Shown one piece after another: positions 47,663 through 61,573 of a stretch of 64,000 bases of DNA; position 1 is the stretch's first letter, and the number at the start of each line of letters is the position of its first letter. The notes under the pieces were generated by a model. It saw only the letters and a list, made by a program, of their open reading frames with translations. It did no database searches and was not told the DNA's origin. Source of the stretch: Oikopleura dioica (taxonomy: Eukaryota; Animalia; Chordata); contig OU015569.1 in assembly GCA_907165135.1 (NCBI GenBank), positions 434,001 through 498,000 of the forward strand. Reading direction: 5' to 3'. Made by a program: the position numbers and the translations under genes.

Positions 47663-48795
47663 CAATATTTAAACCTTTGCGGTAACAAAAAGTGGAACGA
47701 AAATGGAACCGCTCAGCGCCACGTTTTTTCTAGCGCATTTTTCGTCTTTTAATACTGCTATTTTTTAATACCATGTCTTTCTTTGTTGACACCCTTAATT
47801 AAAATAAAGTCTGTTTTTGAGAAATGAAAAAGTGCCGACATACCCACGAAAACTTGTGTAGAAAACCTGAGTCAGGTTTTAAAAGAGCACAAACGGAAAA
47901 GCCGCGCAGCGGCTTTTTCAAGAACGAAGCAGCAGAGCGGCTTCGCAAATATTCTCTTTGTAAACTTTTGTAAAATTCTGGATTAGCCGCTAAGCGGCTT
48001 TTTCAAAACGAAGCCGCAGAGCGGCTAATCCAGAATTTCAACTGAAAAAATAAGGGTGTCTCAACGAAAATCCTCGAAAAAACCGATTTAGCTTGATTCT
48101 AACCCTAACCATTCTTTCCTAAATCACCCCTTACTTCCAATTTTTGCTAAAACGAAAAATATTTGTGAGCCAGACCAGAAAAAGCCAAGTGAGAAAGCAC
48201 GGATTCGTGTTTGAAAATCGGACGAATCCAGTCTGATCGGAGAGTAAGCAGACAGTGACTGCGAGCACGATCCCAAAGCTGAAAGCATTTCTCTGTAATT
48301 ACGCTTCTCTGGAGCTCTCTCTTACCCAAAGAGAATGAACAAGATGATCCTTACAGAATTCTGATAGGCGAAAAAGGACATCTCATATTGAAAAGTGAGG
48401 CCAGCGGCGCCAGCACAGTGTCTCGAGCAAGGAATTAAAATATTTATTTCAAATGCCCTCTTTCCTCAATTTTTAACCTTTTCCAAACAATGGATCAGTC
48501 CTAGTACAACTGTAACTGAGGTCAACTTCAAAAAACAAGCCTTCGAAGCTTATTTTCTCAAAGTGAACAATTTCACCCTGCTTCAAAGCCAGAACAAGGG
48601 GGTCGAAAGGGTTTGGGCAGGGCTCGAAAACCTGTGCAGAAAACCTGAGTCAGGGATCTGAAAGAGTTTAAATGAAAACTGCCTGGCGAAGCCACGAAGC
48701 TCTCTCCGGACTCTGAATCAGGGTCCCTGAGTCAGGTTTTCTACACAGGTTTCTGAGAAAATATACGAGAAATGATATTAGCAGAAGCCCTAAAG

Positions 48796-49290
48796 CTAGG
48801 CTCGTCATCCTGTATACAGTAACAGTAACAGTAACAGGTTTTTCGGAGAAGAGCCAATTTTCAAACAGTAAACAGTACAGGCAGTACTATACAGTAACAG
48901 TACTGTTTTCACAGTAACAGTACTGTCACTGTTTAACAGTAAAACAGTAAGAAAATACTGTAAATAGTAGCTGTAAACAGTATACTGTTTACAGTATTTT
49001 CGAAGTGAGTATCTCCTAATTTCGCCATAAAGGCCCAAAATGCTAGGAAATGAAGTACTTTTTTAGTAAAAAGCTGGATTTTTTGAAAAAACCTGCTTTC
49101 TCTTACAGTACTGTTACTGTTTACAGTGCGAATTCTCTGAAATTCGCGCAGTTAACTGTTTACTGCAAACAGTACTGTACACAGTTTGAATTTTTTCGTC
49201 GAAAATTCAGACAGTATACAGTACAGTAGTTAAAAAACAGGAAACAGTAGACTGTACAGTATTTTTTTCAGTACAGGATGACGAGCCTAG
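48796..49290. mobile_element. hAT-like MITE with internal CAGTA/TACTG arrays
   Basis: TIR CTAGGCTCGTCATCCTGTA...TACAGGATGACGAGCCTAG with a perfect 8-bp TSD CCCTAAAG. Confidence 0.92.
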
Positions 49291-49776
49291 CCCTAAAGCG
49301 CCATCTTTTAGATATTTTTTCACATAACTGTTGTTATCTTTTGGTGAGGACAGCTTCCTCTCCGGTTCATTTCTATCATTTCATTAAAGAAAATGGAATA
49401 ATGAATTATCGAGAAAATGAAACCTTTTTATCTGGAACACGTATACCCCCTTTTTGAAATGCTTTTTAACTGTCTAACAATAAAGCTGAGTAAAACCTGA
49501 ATAATAAAGTGAGTCCCTTATTTATCCTATTTTGAAAGGAAAATAAGCGACATTTGTTGATTTTTTTATTTTAATTTGCAGTTTATTTTTAAAGTGTTTG
49601 TTGAGGTGAATGGTCGATTGAACAGTGACAATGAGAAAAAAAACGGAACCACACAAATTTGAGTTGGGCCAAAGTGTTCGGATAGAATTGAGTTTACATT
49701 TTTTGACGGTGAGGGTATAATTTGGAATTATTTCCGGCCACGGCTTCTCTAGTCTAATCTTATTACCACAAGTCTT

Positions 49777-50108
49777 CTCTAAGATCGTCAACTAGACATC
49801 GACATTCTCGGGCCAAGATTGTCGATGAAACTTTGAAAATTGAGCCCAAGATTGTTGATTTTTGAATGAACATGTTTTAGGCTCGACAACCTGTCAAGAA
49901 AACCTGTGTCTGGGTCCCAAAAAGCTTTATAGAAAGCCGCTACGCGGCTTTTTATCATAGCTCTTTCAAGACCCTGACTCAGGTTTTATACACAGGCTGT
50001 CGAGTCTAAAACATGTGCATTCAAAATCCGCAATCTTGGGCTCAATTTTCAAAGTTTCATCGGCAGTCTTGGACCGAGAATGTCGATGTCTAGTTGACGA
50101 CCCTAGAG
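49777..50108. repeat. ~90-bp-arm palindrome with a dominant-family MITE (49877-50009) nested at its centre
   Basis: The arm cgtcaactagacatcgacattctcgg...gatttttgaatg is mirrored on the other side. The inner MITE has TSD aacatgtt/aacatgtg. Confidence 0.85.
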
Positions 50109-50409
50109 AGGCCGATGGTGGTTATAAGATTGAGCTAGAGGGCAGTTAGGCTGGGAAAGGTTGCATTTTGAAACTGGGTGGAGGAAAAAGAAGCAGGGGC
50201 GCAAAAAGGGCTGGGTTAGGGGATGAAGAGCTTGAAGAAGAGGAGAGTGAAACAGATTTGAACTTGTATTTTTGGTTTGACATCAGATGTACGATTTGTA
50301 GATTTGTAGTGGCCTGGCGAATTTAGATATTTAAAAAAGGGAGTCTTTTAGTTGAAAGTTACCGAGCAGTTTTTACTATTTGATGTTCTTGAGGTGAGGC
50401 GTTTTTTTG

Positions 50410-50867
50410 TTAAAGTTGAGGCTTGAAAAGTTGACCACGCCGCAGCTTTATCGCAATAAAATATATAACGGTATAGAGACTTTGCACCAATAAGAAAGCA
50501 CGGTGATTGTCTGGAATGCACCAATTTACAAAGAGATAAAATAAAAAGAGGGTTTGGCTGAAAAGCCTTTTGGGAAGTAGCTGAGGCTGGAATTGAGGAT
50601 TTTCGAAGAGGGAAACTATTAGCATGGATATTGACAAAACTACTTCCCAAAAAAGGCGCCCAACAAAGCCGGAAAAAAGAAGGAGAAAACATGAATGAGG
50701 TTGGGATGCGATAATGAGCCGCGGCGCGAGCAAAAGAAAGCCACAAGAAATGTAATAATAAGTTGTAAATTCTCAACATTTGCACTGGCCAAATCTCGCT
50801 GTTGGAAAACGCGCCAGACATTGGCGCTTTTTCTTTGGAGGATTTGGTACCTGAGCCTCTCCCACAT
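50410..50867 (-). CDS. Possible membrane-protein exon, frame-broken
   Basis: Overlapping hydrophobic ORFs (50867-50640 and 50733-50410) join with a 1-nt correction. No family motif was recognised. Confidence 0.3.
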
Positions 50868-51441
50868 CTTCTCGACTCTGGACTTGGCAACCTGAGTAGA
50901 AACCTGACTCAGGGTGCTGAAAGAGCTTTAAAGGTCATTCAGGACCCTGACTCAGATTTCTAAACAGGTTTCAAGCCCAGTTTCTACTAGACATTGGCAA
51001 GATTGTGGATAAAACTTCGAATGTCCGACTCAAGATTGTCTTTTTTGAGATTGATTGATTTTCGCAATCAAGGAAGAGAATTCGAAGACATTCGAAGTTT
51101 CCTGTTGACGATGTCTAGTTGAGGATTGGGAGAGGATCAGGTAGATAAAAGTTTTTTCATTAGAGATTTTTTGAATTTTGAATTTTGGAATAGCATAAAT
51201 ATGATATAACGGGTTTGACCTTGGAATAGAAAGCAAAGAAGGTGAATTAAGGTCTTTTTGTTTGAATGATAAGGCGGGAAATGAATAACCACCTGATTTG
51301 TTTTCTTGTTTGAGGAAAAAGTAATGTTAAGACCCGAGAGAGAGAGAGGACAGAATCAGGAAAGAAGAAGCATTTCCATTTTCATGAAGAACAGAACGGG
51401 TTTTGAACGCTCGGGTTAGCGAATGTTTGGTTGGGTTCGAA

Positions 51442-54400
51442 TTAGCCGTTTCGAATAAAGCTAGAGCTGGAGGGAGCCTGCATCTCGGTTACTTCTGTTA
51501 TTCCGGAACTGAAATTCTACTAGCAGCTACGACTGTATTGCTACCGCGATTCTGCTTTCAGATGCACTAGTTTTGCTGGAATTCCGATAGTTATTAGAGA
51601 AAACTCACTGCTGAAGAGCGAGAAGCCGCAATTTTCGCGGCTTCGAGTAAGAAAACTTGAGCCGGGTATAGCGCGGCATTTCGTCTTTTTACTCGAAGCC
51701 GCAAAAATGACGGCTTCTCGATTTTCAGCAGTGAGTTTGCTCTAATAACTATCGGAATTCCAGCAAAAACTAGTGCGTCTGAAATCAGAATCAACAGTAC
51801 TCGCCGTGGAAGCAACTGGGAACTAACCGAGCCTGAGAGTCCACTTTAGGCACAGATACGTCTTTACGAATCGAGTCGGTTTCAACCGTCCCTAGAATGA
51901 AGCTCACAATTTGAATCAATTTTTGAAATCAAGTTTTTGGTCAAATTTATGTGAGCTGCTTTCCTTGAACGATGGAGCCAGAAAAGGGGATTGGAATGGC
52001 GCTGGATGAGCTTGTTCGAGCGACCTTGGATTGGCGCACAGCTTGCTCCGCGATCGGGGACGAGTTGAAGGCCGTTTCGGCGATGTATTCGACTGTTGTG
52101 GTCGTCTCCATCGGGAGGAGCTCTTCGGAGCGCTGCTTATTTGAGTGTTTGGAAGATTTGTTGCGCAAAGCGAGAGGGGAGCCGATCAGAGCAAGCGGGC
52201 GCTCCTCCTCGTTTTCGTCGGCTTCTGCTTGAGCAAGTTGAGCCTGACGCTGCAGGTGGATGTTGCTGTAGTTCGAGCTAGTGCTCGGCTGCCCGTGAAT
52301 GTCGACGGAAACTGAAAACGTCATTATCAATACTTTTTTATTAAAATCTTATTAAAAATCGAGAAGTCGCTCGCGGCTTCAAGAAAAAAGTAACTTAGCC
52401 GCACTCTGCGCGGCTTCTTTTCTTTCTTAGCTCGAAGCCGCAAGCGGCTTCTCGATTATAAGATGATGTTTAACTTACTAGGAAGAGAAGAGGGATCAGA
52501 GCGCTGTGCTGGAATGTCATTCAATTCGATTTCACTCCCTTCCGGACGCACTTTCTCGGGGCCTGCCGATTCTGTACGTTTTCGAGCACTAGAATATGAA
52601 ATGAGAAAACGAAAAAGAGCCGGAGAAACTCACCCGCCGGAGTCTTCCTTTTCCAGCAATTCCTTTTGCGCGATTTTGTTGGGCTTGGGCGGACCTGTCC
52701 ACCTGCGATGGCTTGTTCTGACCATGTTTTGACTAGCGTTTGTGTTCTGGTCCTTCAAGGTGCTGAGAAAAGGAAACGGGTTAGGGCGATAGGAGAAGGG
52801 GGCTCAATACTCACAGATACTTGTCGAAGAAGCCTTTCTTGTCGATTTCGCGGGTGAAGCGCAAGATGATCTGCGAGGTAAAGTGAGTGCATCGAGGATT
52901 AGTCTTGAGGTATGTGAGGTAGCCAGGAATCTTCTTGAGTTTTGCTTCCATCTGGCTCGTCGGCTTCGCCAGAATCTAAACAAAAAATGCCGAAAATCGA
53001 AAAACGAAAAAAAACTGACCTCGATCGCCACGACTCGGCTTTCTGGATCTTTGGGGTTGCAAGGAAACTTTCCGATTTTCGACAAATCGTTGTTGCCAAT
53101 TGCGTAGATGATTTGAGAATCCTTCGGGTTGACGAACTCGATCGAGTATTTCGTCGCCGTTTCGCGCAGATCTTAATTCGCAATTTTAATCTGGGTTCAA
53201 GAGATTTGTCAATCGAGATGCCGCTTCTTCACGCGGCTTTTTTTTACTTTTGTAGCTCGAAGCAGCAAGCGGCTTCTCGATTAATTTATGGTTTCACCCT
53301 CGAAATGAGGATAGATGCATAATGAAGTTACCTGAGAATTTTTCGTGCTTTCCGGTGGAAACTTTGTATTTGAGGTGATAATGTTCGCCGGCGATTAGTT
53401 TAATATTTTTCTTCATTTGAGCTTCGGCGACGCGTTTCATGTCCCGGATGGTGGATTCTTTGAGTTTCGGCAAGTTGCCGAAGTTCACTTCCAAGTACGA
53501 ATATTGCACTTCTGGATACAACTGGCTCGAGTCCGTCTTCTTCTTGGCGGCGAGCGGGTCTGACGGATCCGAAAAGTTGAAGAATGTTGTCGGGATCTGA
53601 AAAGAAAAGCTAGAAAACGAAAGGGAAAGCGGGGAGGCTTACATTGTTGTCGAGAATGTCTTTGGTTTTGGCGTCTTCTTGAATCTGCGTCCGGATTTTG
53701 TAGATTTCGTGGATCCAGTCGTCTCGTTTCGCCGCGTCGTCGTTCTTGAACCAGAGCTCGATCTTCCGGACGCCCGTGTGGTTGTCGCTTTTATCTGAAA
53801 ACGAAAAATTCAAACCCTAATCTTAACAGACTGGCTTACTTTTGAGGGTTTCGCCTTTGAGGAAGATGATGAGCTGGAAGTAGAGAGAGTTGGACTTGCG
53901 CTCGTTGAGTCTGTCGACGTCGTATTTGTAGATGTAGTAGATGTCCTCTATCAGAAAACGATCTTTACACCAGGGCTGGCCCTTTGCTTGCTGCACTCGG
54001 ATGCGCTCGTTTTGCCAGCGCGCGTCGCTCCTTTTGAAAATTTCAAAATCAAGAAAAAATTCAAAATTCAAAAGCCGTACTCGTAAATTTCCAGGATCGG
54101 GACTGATTCAGAACGGTTGGCCACCTCGTGTCCATCCGACATTCGCAGCACGAGCAATCGCTCCACCTCTGTCTTGAGAAACGTCCTCGTGAGCTTGTCG
54201 AAGCGGCCATTTGGAACTGAAGATTAAAGTTAGATCACTCGATGATAGCTCTTTTATAGGTACGGTTACCTGTGTAGAAAACCTGAGTCAGGTTCTGAAA
54301 GAGCTTAAATGAAAAGCCACGTAACTATTGATAGATTCAATACGCTACGCGGCTTTTCAATTAAGCTCTTTCAGAACCTGACTCAGGCTATCTACACAGG

Positions 54401-54591
54401 TTGCCCGGCCCAGAGTTTTTTGATAATAGTTTACCTTTCTCGTGGTAGAAGAAGCCTTCTTTTATGGAAGTGCGGCAGTCTTCAGAATCAGGACTGAACA
54501 ATTGAAAATGAGAAGGGGAAAGTTTAAAAACGGCCTGTTCTTCTAGAGCGAGTTTTGATTGGCTCGGAAGCTCTCCGCTGAAAGTTTTCAT
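51442..54591 (-). CDS. PH-domain adaptor protein, possibly DOK/IRS-like (PH, putative PTB, low-complexity tail)
   Basis: About 10 phase-compatible exons: SIKEGFFYHEK|VPNGRFDKL...RKIELWFKNDDAAKRDDWIHEIYKIR (PH-like), then a folded region, then a Ser/Pro-rich tail with YSNI. The PTB assignment and the final exon are uncertain. Confidence 0.6.
51549..51792. repeat. Long palindrome with a central AAGCCGC/GCGGCTT core
   Basis: The arm cagatgcactagttttgctggaattccgatagttattagag...ctgctgaa is mirrored around cgagaagccgc...ggcttctcg. Confidence 0.85.
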
Positions 54592-54932
54592 AAAAGTGGA
54601 CTATCGCATGTTTCGGGGCCCCCCTTTTTAGACGTGATTGTTGCTATTGGACAAAATACGGGACAGTCTGTAGATGTCTCCCAGACGCGCCAACTTGAAT
54701 CGCCCCAGGATAAACAATGAGGATCATGCTCGCGCATGCTGGCCATGACTACCACGGACAAGGCCGCGTGTTTATTGGTCGCCATTTTAACATTTTTAAA
54801 GTTCAAAATCGTTTCAACGCGAAATGAAACGCTTTTTTCTAGTTTGAAATTGATTCCCTTTCTATGCCCGTATCTACCCTGCATGAAAAATATACAGGGC
54901 AGATACTGTTTCAAATTTAACCCTAACCTGTA

Positions 54933-55264
54933 TGGGCTCGGGAATGCTGAGTCAGGACCTGTCCTGTTTAAGACTCTTTTTATACATCTATCCTGAATAG
55001 AAATTAATCAATTAGTTTCCCTGTTTACAGTTTTGTTACAGGATTACAGGGATATGTTTTGGTTTACAGGAATACCTGTTTACAGATACGAGGCTATCAT
55101 ATATTATACAGGCCTGTATCTGTAAACAGGTATAGTCCTGCAATCAAAATCAAATATCTGTAATCCTATTTATAGAAAAAACGATTGGTTAAATTCTACA
55201 CAGGGTAGATCTGTTAAAAAAGGGTCCTTAACAGGACAGGCCCTGACTCAGGACTCCAAAGCCG
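54933..55264. mobile_element. MITE related to the dominant family, with internal TACAGG/CCTGTA arrays
   Basis: Ends tgggctcggg...ctgagtcaggacctgtcctgttt and aacaggacaggccctgactcagg. No TSD resolved. Confidence 0.6.
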
Positions 55265-58200
55265 CCTGTTTATTTGACTGAAAAAATTAAATGATAACAT
55301 ACCTTAGGCCTCCCCAAGTCTTTGGTTGACACCGAAAAAGCATGCACATTGAAAATCGTGTATTGCTTGAATATCTCGATTTTCAATAATGAAAACCATA
55401 ATTTTGTCAAAGCCGGAATTAACAAAAACAACGGGATGATTCTAGAGCTCAATTCCCAAAATTCGAAAATTTCGAAGTTCATCCCTTTTTCGTTCGATCG
55501 AGTTATTATATTATTTTAAATTAGGAAGAAAGAAATGCGGTCAAATGAGCCAAAAGACAAAAACGTCTGGGTTCGTTCATTTTGTCTTTTGGACTTTCAA
55601 TTTAATTCTCCAACGAGGCATGAAGAATTGAATTCGAAAATATTGTAATTTGTCTGTCTGCAATTTTCAAAATAACTAAAATTAGAATAATCCGCGGTGC
55701 TTATTCAATACTGGAGCTATTTACTACTAACTATTCAAGCAGAAAGCGAGATCTGGGCCTCTCTCGACAACCTGTTTTGAAAACCTGAGTCAGGGTTCTG
55801 AAAGAGCTTTGATAAAAGCCGCGCAGCGGCTATTTTTAAATTAAGCCGCAATGTGGCTCGGCCAAAACTACCTTCCAATCAATGAGTCAGAAGTCCTGAG
55901 ATTAGAATGACCCTGACTCAGGTTTTCAAGACAGGTTGCCGAGCCCAAAACGAGATAAATCAGGAAAAACTCGAAAAAGTGAATAAAAAATCTTTTTGTA
56001 ATTTTTTGTCTTACCTGGCAACTTTGTCTTCCATTCCATCATTCATTCAATCGGAAATGCGATTATTGCAATCGCATAAAATTTGAGCAAGAAGCAGAAA
56101 TTAAAATTTTTGTTTGTCAGTTGTTTTTGGAAAGCGCGGAAAGCGGCGGAATTGAAGTGATGAAGCTGAGACACAAGGACTGGAGAGCAGGGAAATCTGA
56201 ACAAGTCGATTAGCAAAAGTTTCCTTTTCTGAAATTACTTTTTCGAAGAGCGGATATTTTAATTTAGAGATTTTTGGAAAAAAGTATTTTTAGTAACCAT
56301 TACTCGCGAACTTTTGAAATTAAGCGTTGTCATTTGCACGAACTGTATGATAGAGCCAGTAGTCACAGAAACTCATTAGAAGGGAATGCGCCAACAATAC
56401 TCAATACTGTTGACTCTTCAGCTTACTCACTTTCTAAATACAAAAAGAAAAAGAAAGGTACAGTAATGCTAATCACAATTATCAGCTGTCATTGCGATAC
56501 AGTAAGTGCTACTGCGAGAAAAAGAGGAAGCATAACGTACCTTTAAGCTGACCTCGGCAACCTGTGTAGAAAACCTGAGTCAGGGTCTCAAAGATCTCTA
56601 TTGAAAAACCGCGTAGCGGCTTTTTAAAACGAAGCCGCTTTGCGGCTATGTTCTTTAAGGAGCCACTGCGCGGCTTTTCGTTAGAGATCTTTCAGACCCT
56701 GACTCAGGTTTTCTACACAGCTTGCCGAGCCCGGAGCCTCTAAGTTTCTAAATTCCGGAAAGTTGAAAAACCCAGGAAAAAAATTGGGATCAAAAATGTT
56801 TTGAAAATTAAGTTTTGAAGTGATTCACAATTGAAAATAAACTGCTTTACCAAATCTAAACAAAAGGAATTTTTCCCTAGTCATTATTCAAGAATGTTTA
56901 TGAACCTCTCTTATTATGGCGAAAAACACTCTCTTGCCGATTTTGTTTCTTGTTTTTGGTTTTTGATGAATTTGTGAATTCGAAAGTTGAAAGTTGAAAT
57001 CAAGGAGGAGAAAGCGTAAAGCCAATTTAAAGATTATGGAAGTTTACTCGCCACATTATCGCCAAGGTGCAAACGGTGATGGTTAACATCGCCGGAAACG
57101 CGCGTTGTGCTTTCAGCTGTCCATTTCGGTAAATTTGGCATTATTAAAAAGTGAAGCGCCTAGAACGTTTGCTCAACCAGTGAGGATCAAACACCGAGTC
57201 AACAAGAGCGATCACACTCAAGAAACACAAACCATAAAAATAGAAAAGGAAACGCAAGCTCAATCCTAATAGCCATCGGCCAACTGGACTTGGTCTGGCA
57301 ACCTGTGTAGAAAACCTGAGTCAGGGTCTGAAGGATCTCCAACGAAAAGCCGCGCAGTGGCTTTTCAAGAACATAGCCGCAAAGCGGCTTCGTTTTAAAA
57401 AGCCACTACGCGGCTTTTCATAAAAGATCTTTCAGACCCTGACTCAGGTTTTCTACACAGGTATCCGAGCCCATTGATTAGCTAATTAGCGTACAATCAT
57501 CATGTTATCCGAACATCTACAATCTCTGGAAGAATCCGTACCTGTAAGTGGAAAAGTAAAAAGCTCAAGAGAGAGTCGGAATTACAACACGAAAAACGGT
57601 AAAAAGAGAGCTGAAGCGCAGCCGAGCGTGTGTTGATCTGGGGCGAATGCTCCAACCCCTGGCGCTTAAGTACGTAACTCGTCCCACATTCTCGGGAAGA
57701 GAGGACTCTCTGTCGCTTCTGAAAAGCTCCAGAAAAATACGGTGTCCGGGAGTCGTTACGATAACACAGTCTCAGCCTGCTCGAGCCCAGCGCCATCTCG
57801 AAAACAAATAATTTATTGATTACAGGCACACAATTTACAGCCTTTATCAAACTGCTTTGAACTAGGTTAGGGTTATTGCGTAAGGGTTTATTCATTGGTG
57901 CCCGCTAATCATCGGAACATCGGAGAGTTCATGGATAGTCGAATAAGGATGACTTGAGTCTGGGCTCGGAGACCTGTGTGTAAACCTGAGTCATGGTTTC
58001 AAAGAGCTTGTAGCAAATGCTACGATTTCAATCTATCTTAAAATTCTAGCGAAGGCGCTTTGCCAATGAAGAAGCCCGATAAAATGGAAGACCCGGTCTT
58101 TTAGATAGGGGTTTTTCAGAAATCTCAAGAACGCCAGAATAAATCGAAAAAGCTTGCATTATTGCATTCTTCCTTAAAAGATTCGGACATAAAAGAAGGT

Positions 58201-61181
58201 CAAAGAGCGTGACGAGTTCGATAAGCTTTCTCGTCAAAACAAATACGCAATAAATTGAAGGTTGTTTTGCTCTCATACTGTCGGGCTCTCATGCAATCCC
58301 TAGGCTTTTGACCTGTCTCTGAGACACCAGGACCCTGCTATCGTCAGTTTTGACATTCCAGAGGAACTAGAGCACGGGTTTGAATCATTTCAATCAAGAA
58401 TGATTTGCGGGTTCATTTTCGTAAAAGCCGCTCCGCGGCTTTACATTTGAACTCCTCAGAACCTGACTCAGGTTACCGAGTCCAGAGGCTGGTAGGGCGT
58501 ATGTCTGGTAGACAAGAAAGACGAACAAATTACCGGTAAGATGAAGATAAGGAGGAAGAGTGAAGTTGGCCTTCTCAGATTCTTTTAGCTGGGGAAATCC
58601 AAACTACGGACATTTTGTTTTATTTCTCTCGGCTGGAATACTTTTAGCAAAGAGCTAGAAAAGGAGGAAAAGGCTTTGGGTGTTTTATATCCTGTCTCGA
58701 GACATACAGGCCGTCTCACGTCGCCCAGTCCGCTGCTGAGTTGGAGACATGAAAGAAAGCCGGAGCCATAATAAGTGCTCGACGGGATCGAAAAAACGTA
58801 ACTCTCTCTCTTCTTTTCTTCACTTAGACGAGCGTCTTATTATCGCCAAAACAAGCTTCATCTTATTTTTTAGTTTTTGAATCAAAAATCAGTTTTTAAC
58901 CCACTCTCGCGTTGAGCACAACTAACTTCATATTTCAATTAAGATTTTAAAGAAATTATGTCAAAAGCCGCAGAGCGGCTTTTAGAAAATGCAAGCCGCA
59001 GAGCGGCTTCGCCAAGATACCATCTTCATCTATTTTTCTAACAAATCCTGACTCAGGTTTCTTACACAGGTTGCCGAGCAGACAACATCGAAATCTAATT
59101 TACAGTCTTTCTATTTCGATAAGCGAGACTGTAATCCGCTGCTCATGAGAATCCTAGAAAGAGCGAGAGTCTAAGACAATGACTCGCGAAAATAAATCGC
59201 CCTCGCGGATTCGAGTCTCTTTTTTGGGAAAATTCCTGAGACAGAAAATATCTTCCAAAAGGCGAAAGAAATCTCCATCAACTTTACATAGTGCCACCAC
59301 GGGCTCGGCGACCTGTGTAGAAATTTTCTACTAGAAAACCTGAGTCAGGGTCTGAAAAATCTTAAATGAAAAGCCGCCAGGATTTACAAATAGATTGGAA
59401 TTTGCGGCTTCGTTCTGCGCGGCTTTTCATTTAAGATCTTTCAAACCCTGACTCAGGTTTTCTACACAGGTCGCCGAGCCCAGAATAACTCCAAGTGACC
59501 GTAAGAAAAGAGAGCGTTAATTTCTTTTCTGTTAATTTTGGCATTTTACAACCAAACTCTCGATCATAATTAAAAATGAGCCAGTTTAGCACTGACAGGT
59601 ATTAAATGTTGCTTTCCCATCTTTCAGTTCCAAGCCGATTCTATAATTGAAGAATTCGCGAAATTGCGAATTCGCGCCATGAGAATCCGGAGACACCGTG
59701 AGACCGTTTCCCCTCGCTATCAAGCTTCCGCGGAATCGAATTCTTTAAAAGGGCCCTTTTAGCAGTCTAAAAAAGTTGAGAAGCTGAATCTTGCGGCTTC
59801 GAGAAAGAGATATTTTAACCGCGATTCGCGCGGCTTTTTCTTTCCTAGCTAAAAGCCGCTAAGTTTCAGAGAACACTGTATTAAAATCGGATACAGTGCT
59901 GTCTGAAATTTAGCGGCTTTGAACTAAAAGAAAAGCCGCGCGAATCGCGGCTAAAATATTTCTTTCTCGAAAGAGCCGTAGGCGGCTTCTGGATTTTACG
60001 AAGAAAATATATGTTATGTAGTCTAAAATTAAGGGATTTCTGCGGCTAAAAGTGCGAAAATTCCAAAAACCCGCGAAAAGTGAAAATTTGGAGAAATAAA
60101 ACAGTCGATAAACAGAAAGCGAAATATGCATTGAACACCCTTGGCACCTACAGTAGTACAAGCTCGAACAAGGTCAACCCAGGTCATCAAATTTGAAGAA
60201 AGAAAAAATAAGAGGGGGACACCCTTATTCAAAAAATAGTTCTTTCTGAAGTTTTTTCGTTAAAAATTATTAAATTAAAATAAAAACAAAAATTCGAAAA
60301 GTGAAAATTGAAAATTAAGGGTATACCTGTCAGGAAAGCGTTGAGTTCTTTTTTCTGTTGTTGTTGTTGTTTATTTTTGCTGGTTTCTGTTTTGGCTGTG
60401 TTGACGGTTTTCGTTTTTCTTTTTCTTCAAAATGTCTCCTTTTTTTGTCAGGAAATTCTCTTTTTGTTTTTTTGTTTTAATTTTCGCTTTTTAAAAAGCG
60501 GTGTTTTGAGTCGAATTTATGAAAATTCGCGATTTTTCGATTTCGCGAATTCGCTTCGTTTTTCTTCGATTTCTAGCTTTTTTGAGTGATTCGCTTCCAA
60601 AATTCGCCCGAAAGAAAGATTCTCCATTTCATACTTTCTCTTTTTTTGTTAAATTGGCAAAATTAAAAAGTGTTAATTTTGTTATTTTTTCGCGTTTTCT
60701 CACTTTTGGGCACTCTCTAGCGCCGCCAGCTGGTGCGTCATAAGACAGGCTCAGCTCTTCGCACTCTCTATTTCCTGATCAATGGAGCTGGCTCAGCGCT
60801 GATTGGCTGCTCCCCGCCCGCGCGATTTGACCGCCAATGAGCGGGGCTATTACGCGTACTCCTTACTACGATTCCTGGAATGGGTCACGTACCAGCGTGA
60901 AAGTCACGTAGCCTTTTTTCAACTCGTTATTTTTAAAATTAACAAATTATATAATATATTATTTATTTCAATAATAAATTTATTAAATAATTTATAGTAA
61001 ATAATAATTAAATTTAATAATATAATAATTTATAATATAGTTTAAATTAATTTAATTATATAATTTAATAATCTATAATAATAATTTATCAATTAATAAA
61101 TTATGCGAATTTTTATTTTAGAATTAAACGAATAGTTAACAAATAAACAATATATGATTTAAAAAATATATATTTTATTAA

Positions 61182-61573
61182 GGGGGTAGAACTAGGTTTT
61201 GCGAAATGTAGTGATTTTTGAGAAGCACTTTTAATAAGAAAAACCTGTTTTTACTTATGATCACGAACTTTCCTCAAAAATGTTGCTAGATAAGGGGTAA
61301 AACTATTTTAAAATGAGATTTAAAAAGTTGGCTAGTCACGTGACTCGAGAAATTTGAGGACGCGAATACGCTAAAATTGCGATTTTCGAAGAGGTGGGTT
61401 GACGTTTCGCTCTCTAGCGCCAGAATGTGTTGACGAAAAAATTTCAAGAAAAATGTTGTTAGATCTAGGTTTGTTCTATCTTCAGCCGAAGAGAGAATTT
61501 GAAAATCTAAGCTCTCCTGACTTTGAGCGCCGGTCTAGAATCGGCTATTTTCGAAAAACCTAGTTCTACCCCC
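61182..61573. mobile_element. 392-bp non-autonomous TIR element flanked by TTAA (Kolobok-like)
   Basis: TTAA|GGGGGTAGAACTAGGTTTT...AAAAACCTAGTTCTACCCCC|TTAA. A TTAA target with 5'-RR termini fits Kolobok rather than piggyBac, whose termini are CCC. Confidence 0.8.

Noticed and set aside
56900-57900. Possible coding exons near 57030-57290 (+) and ORF 57500-57895 (-)
   Set aside because: No start/stop-consistent model or recognisable motif could be built, so support is insufficient.
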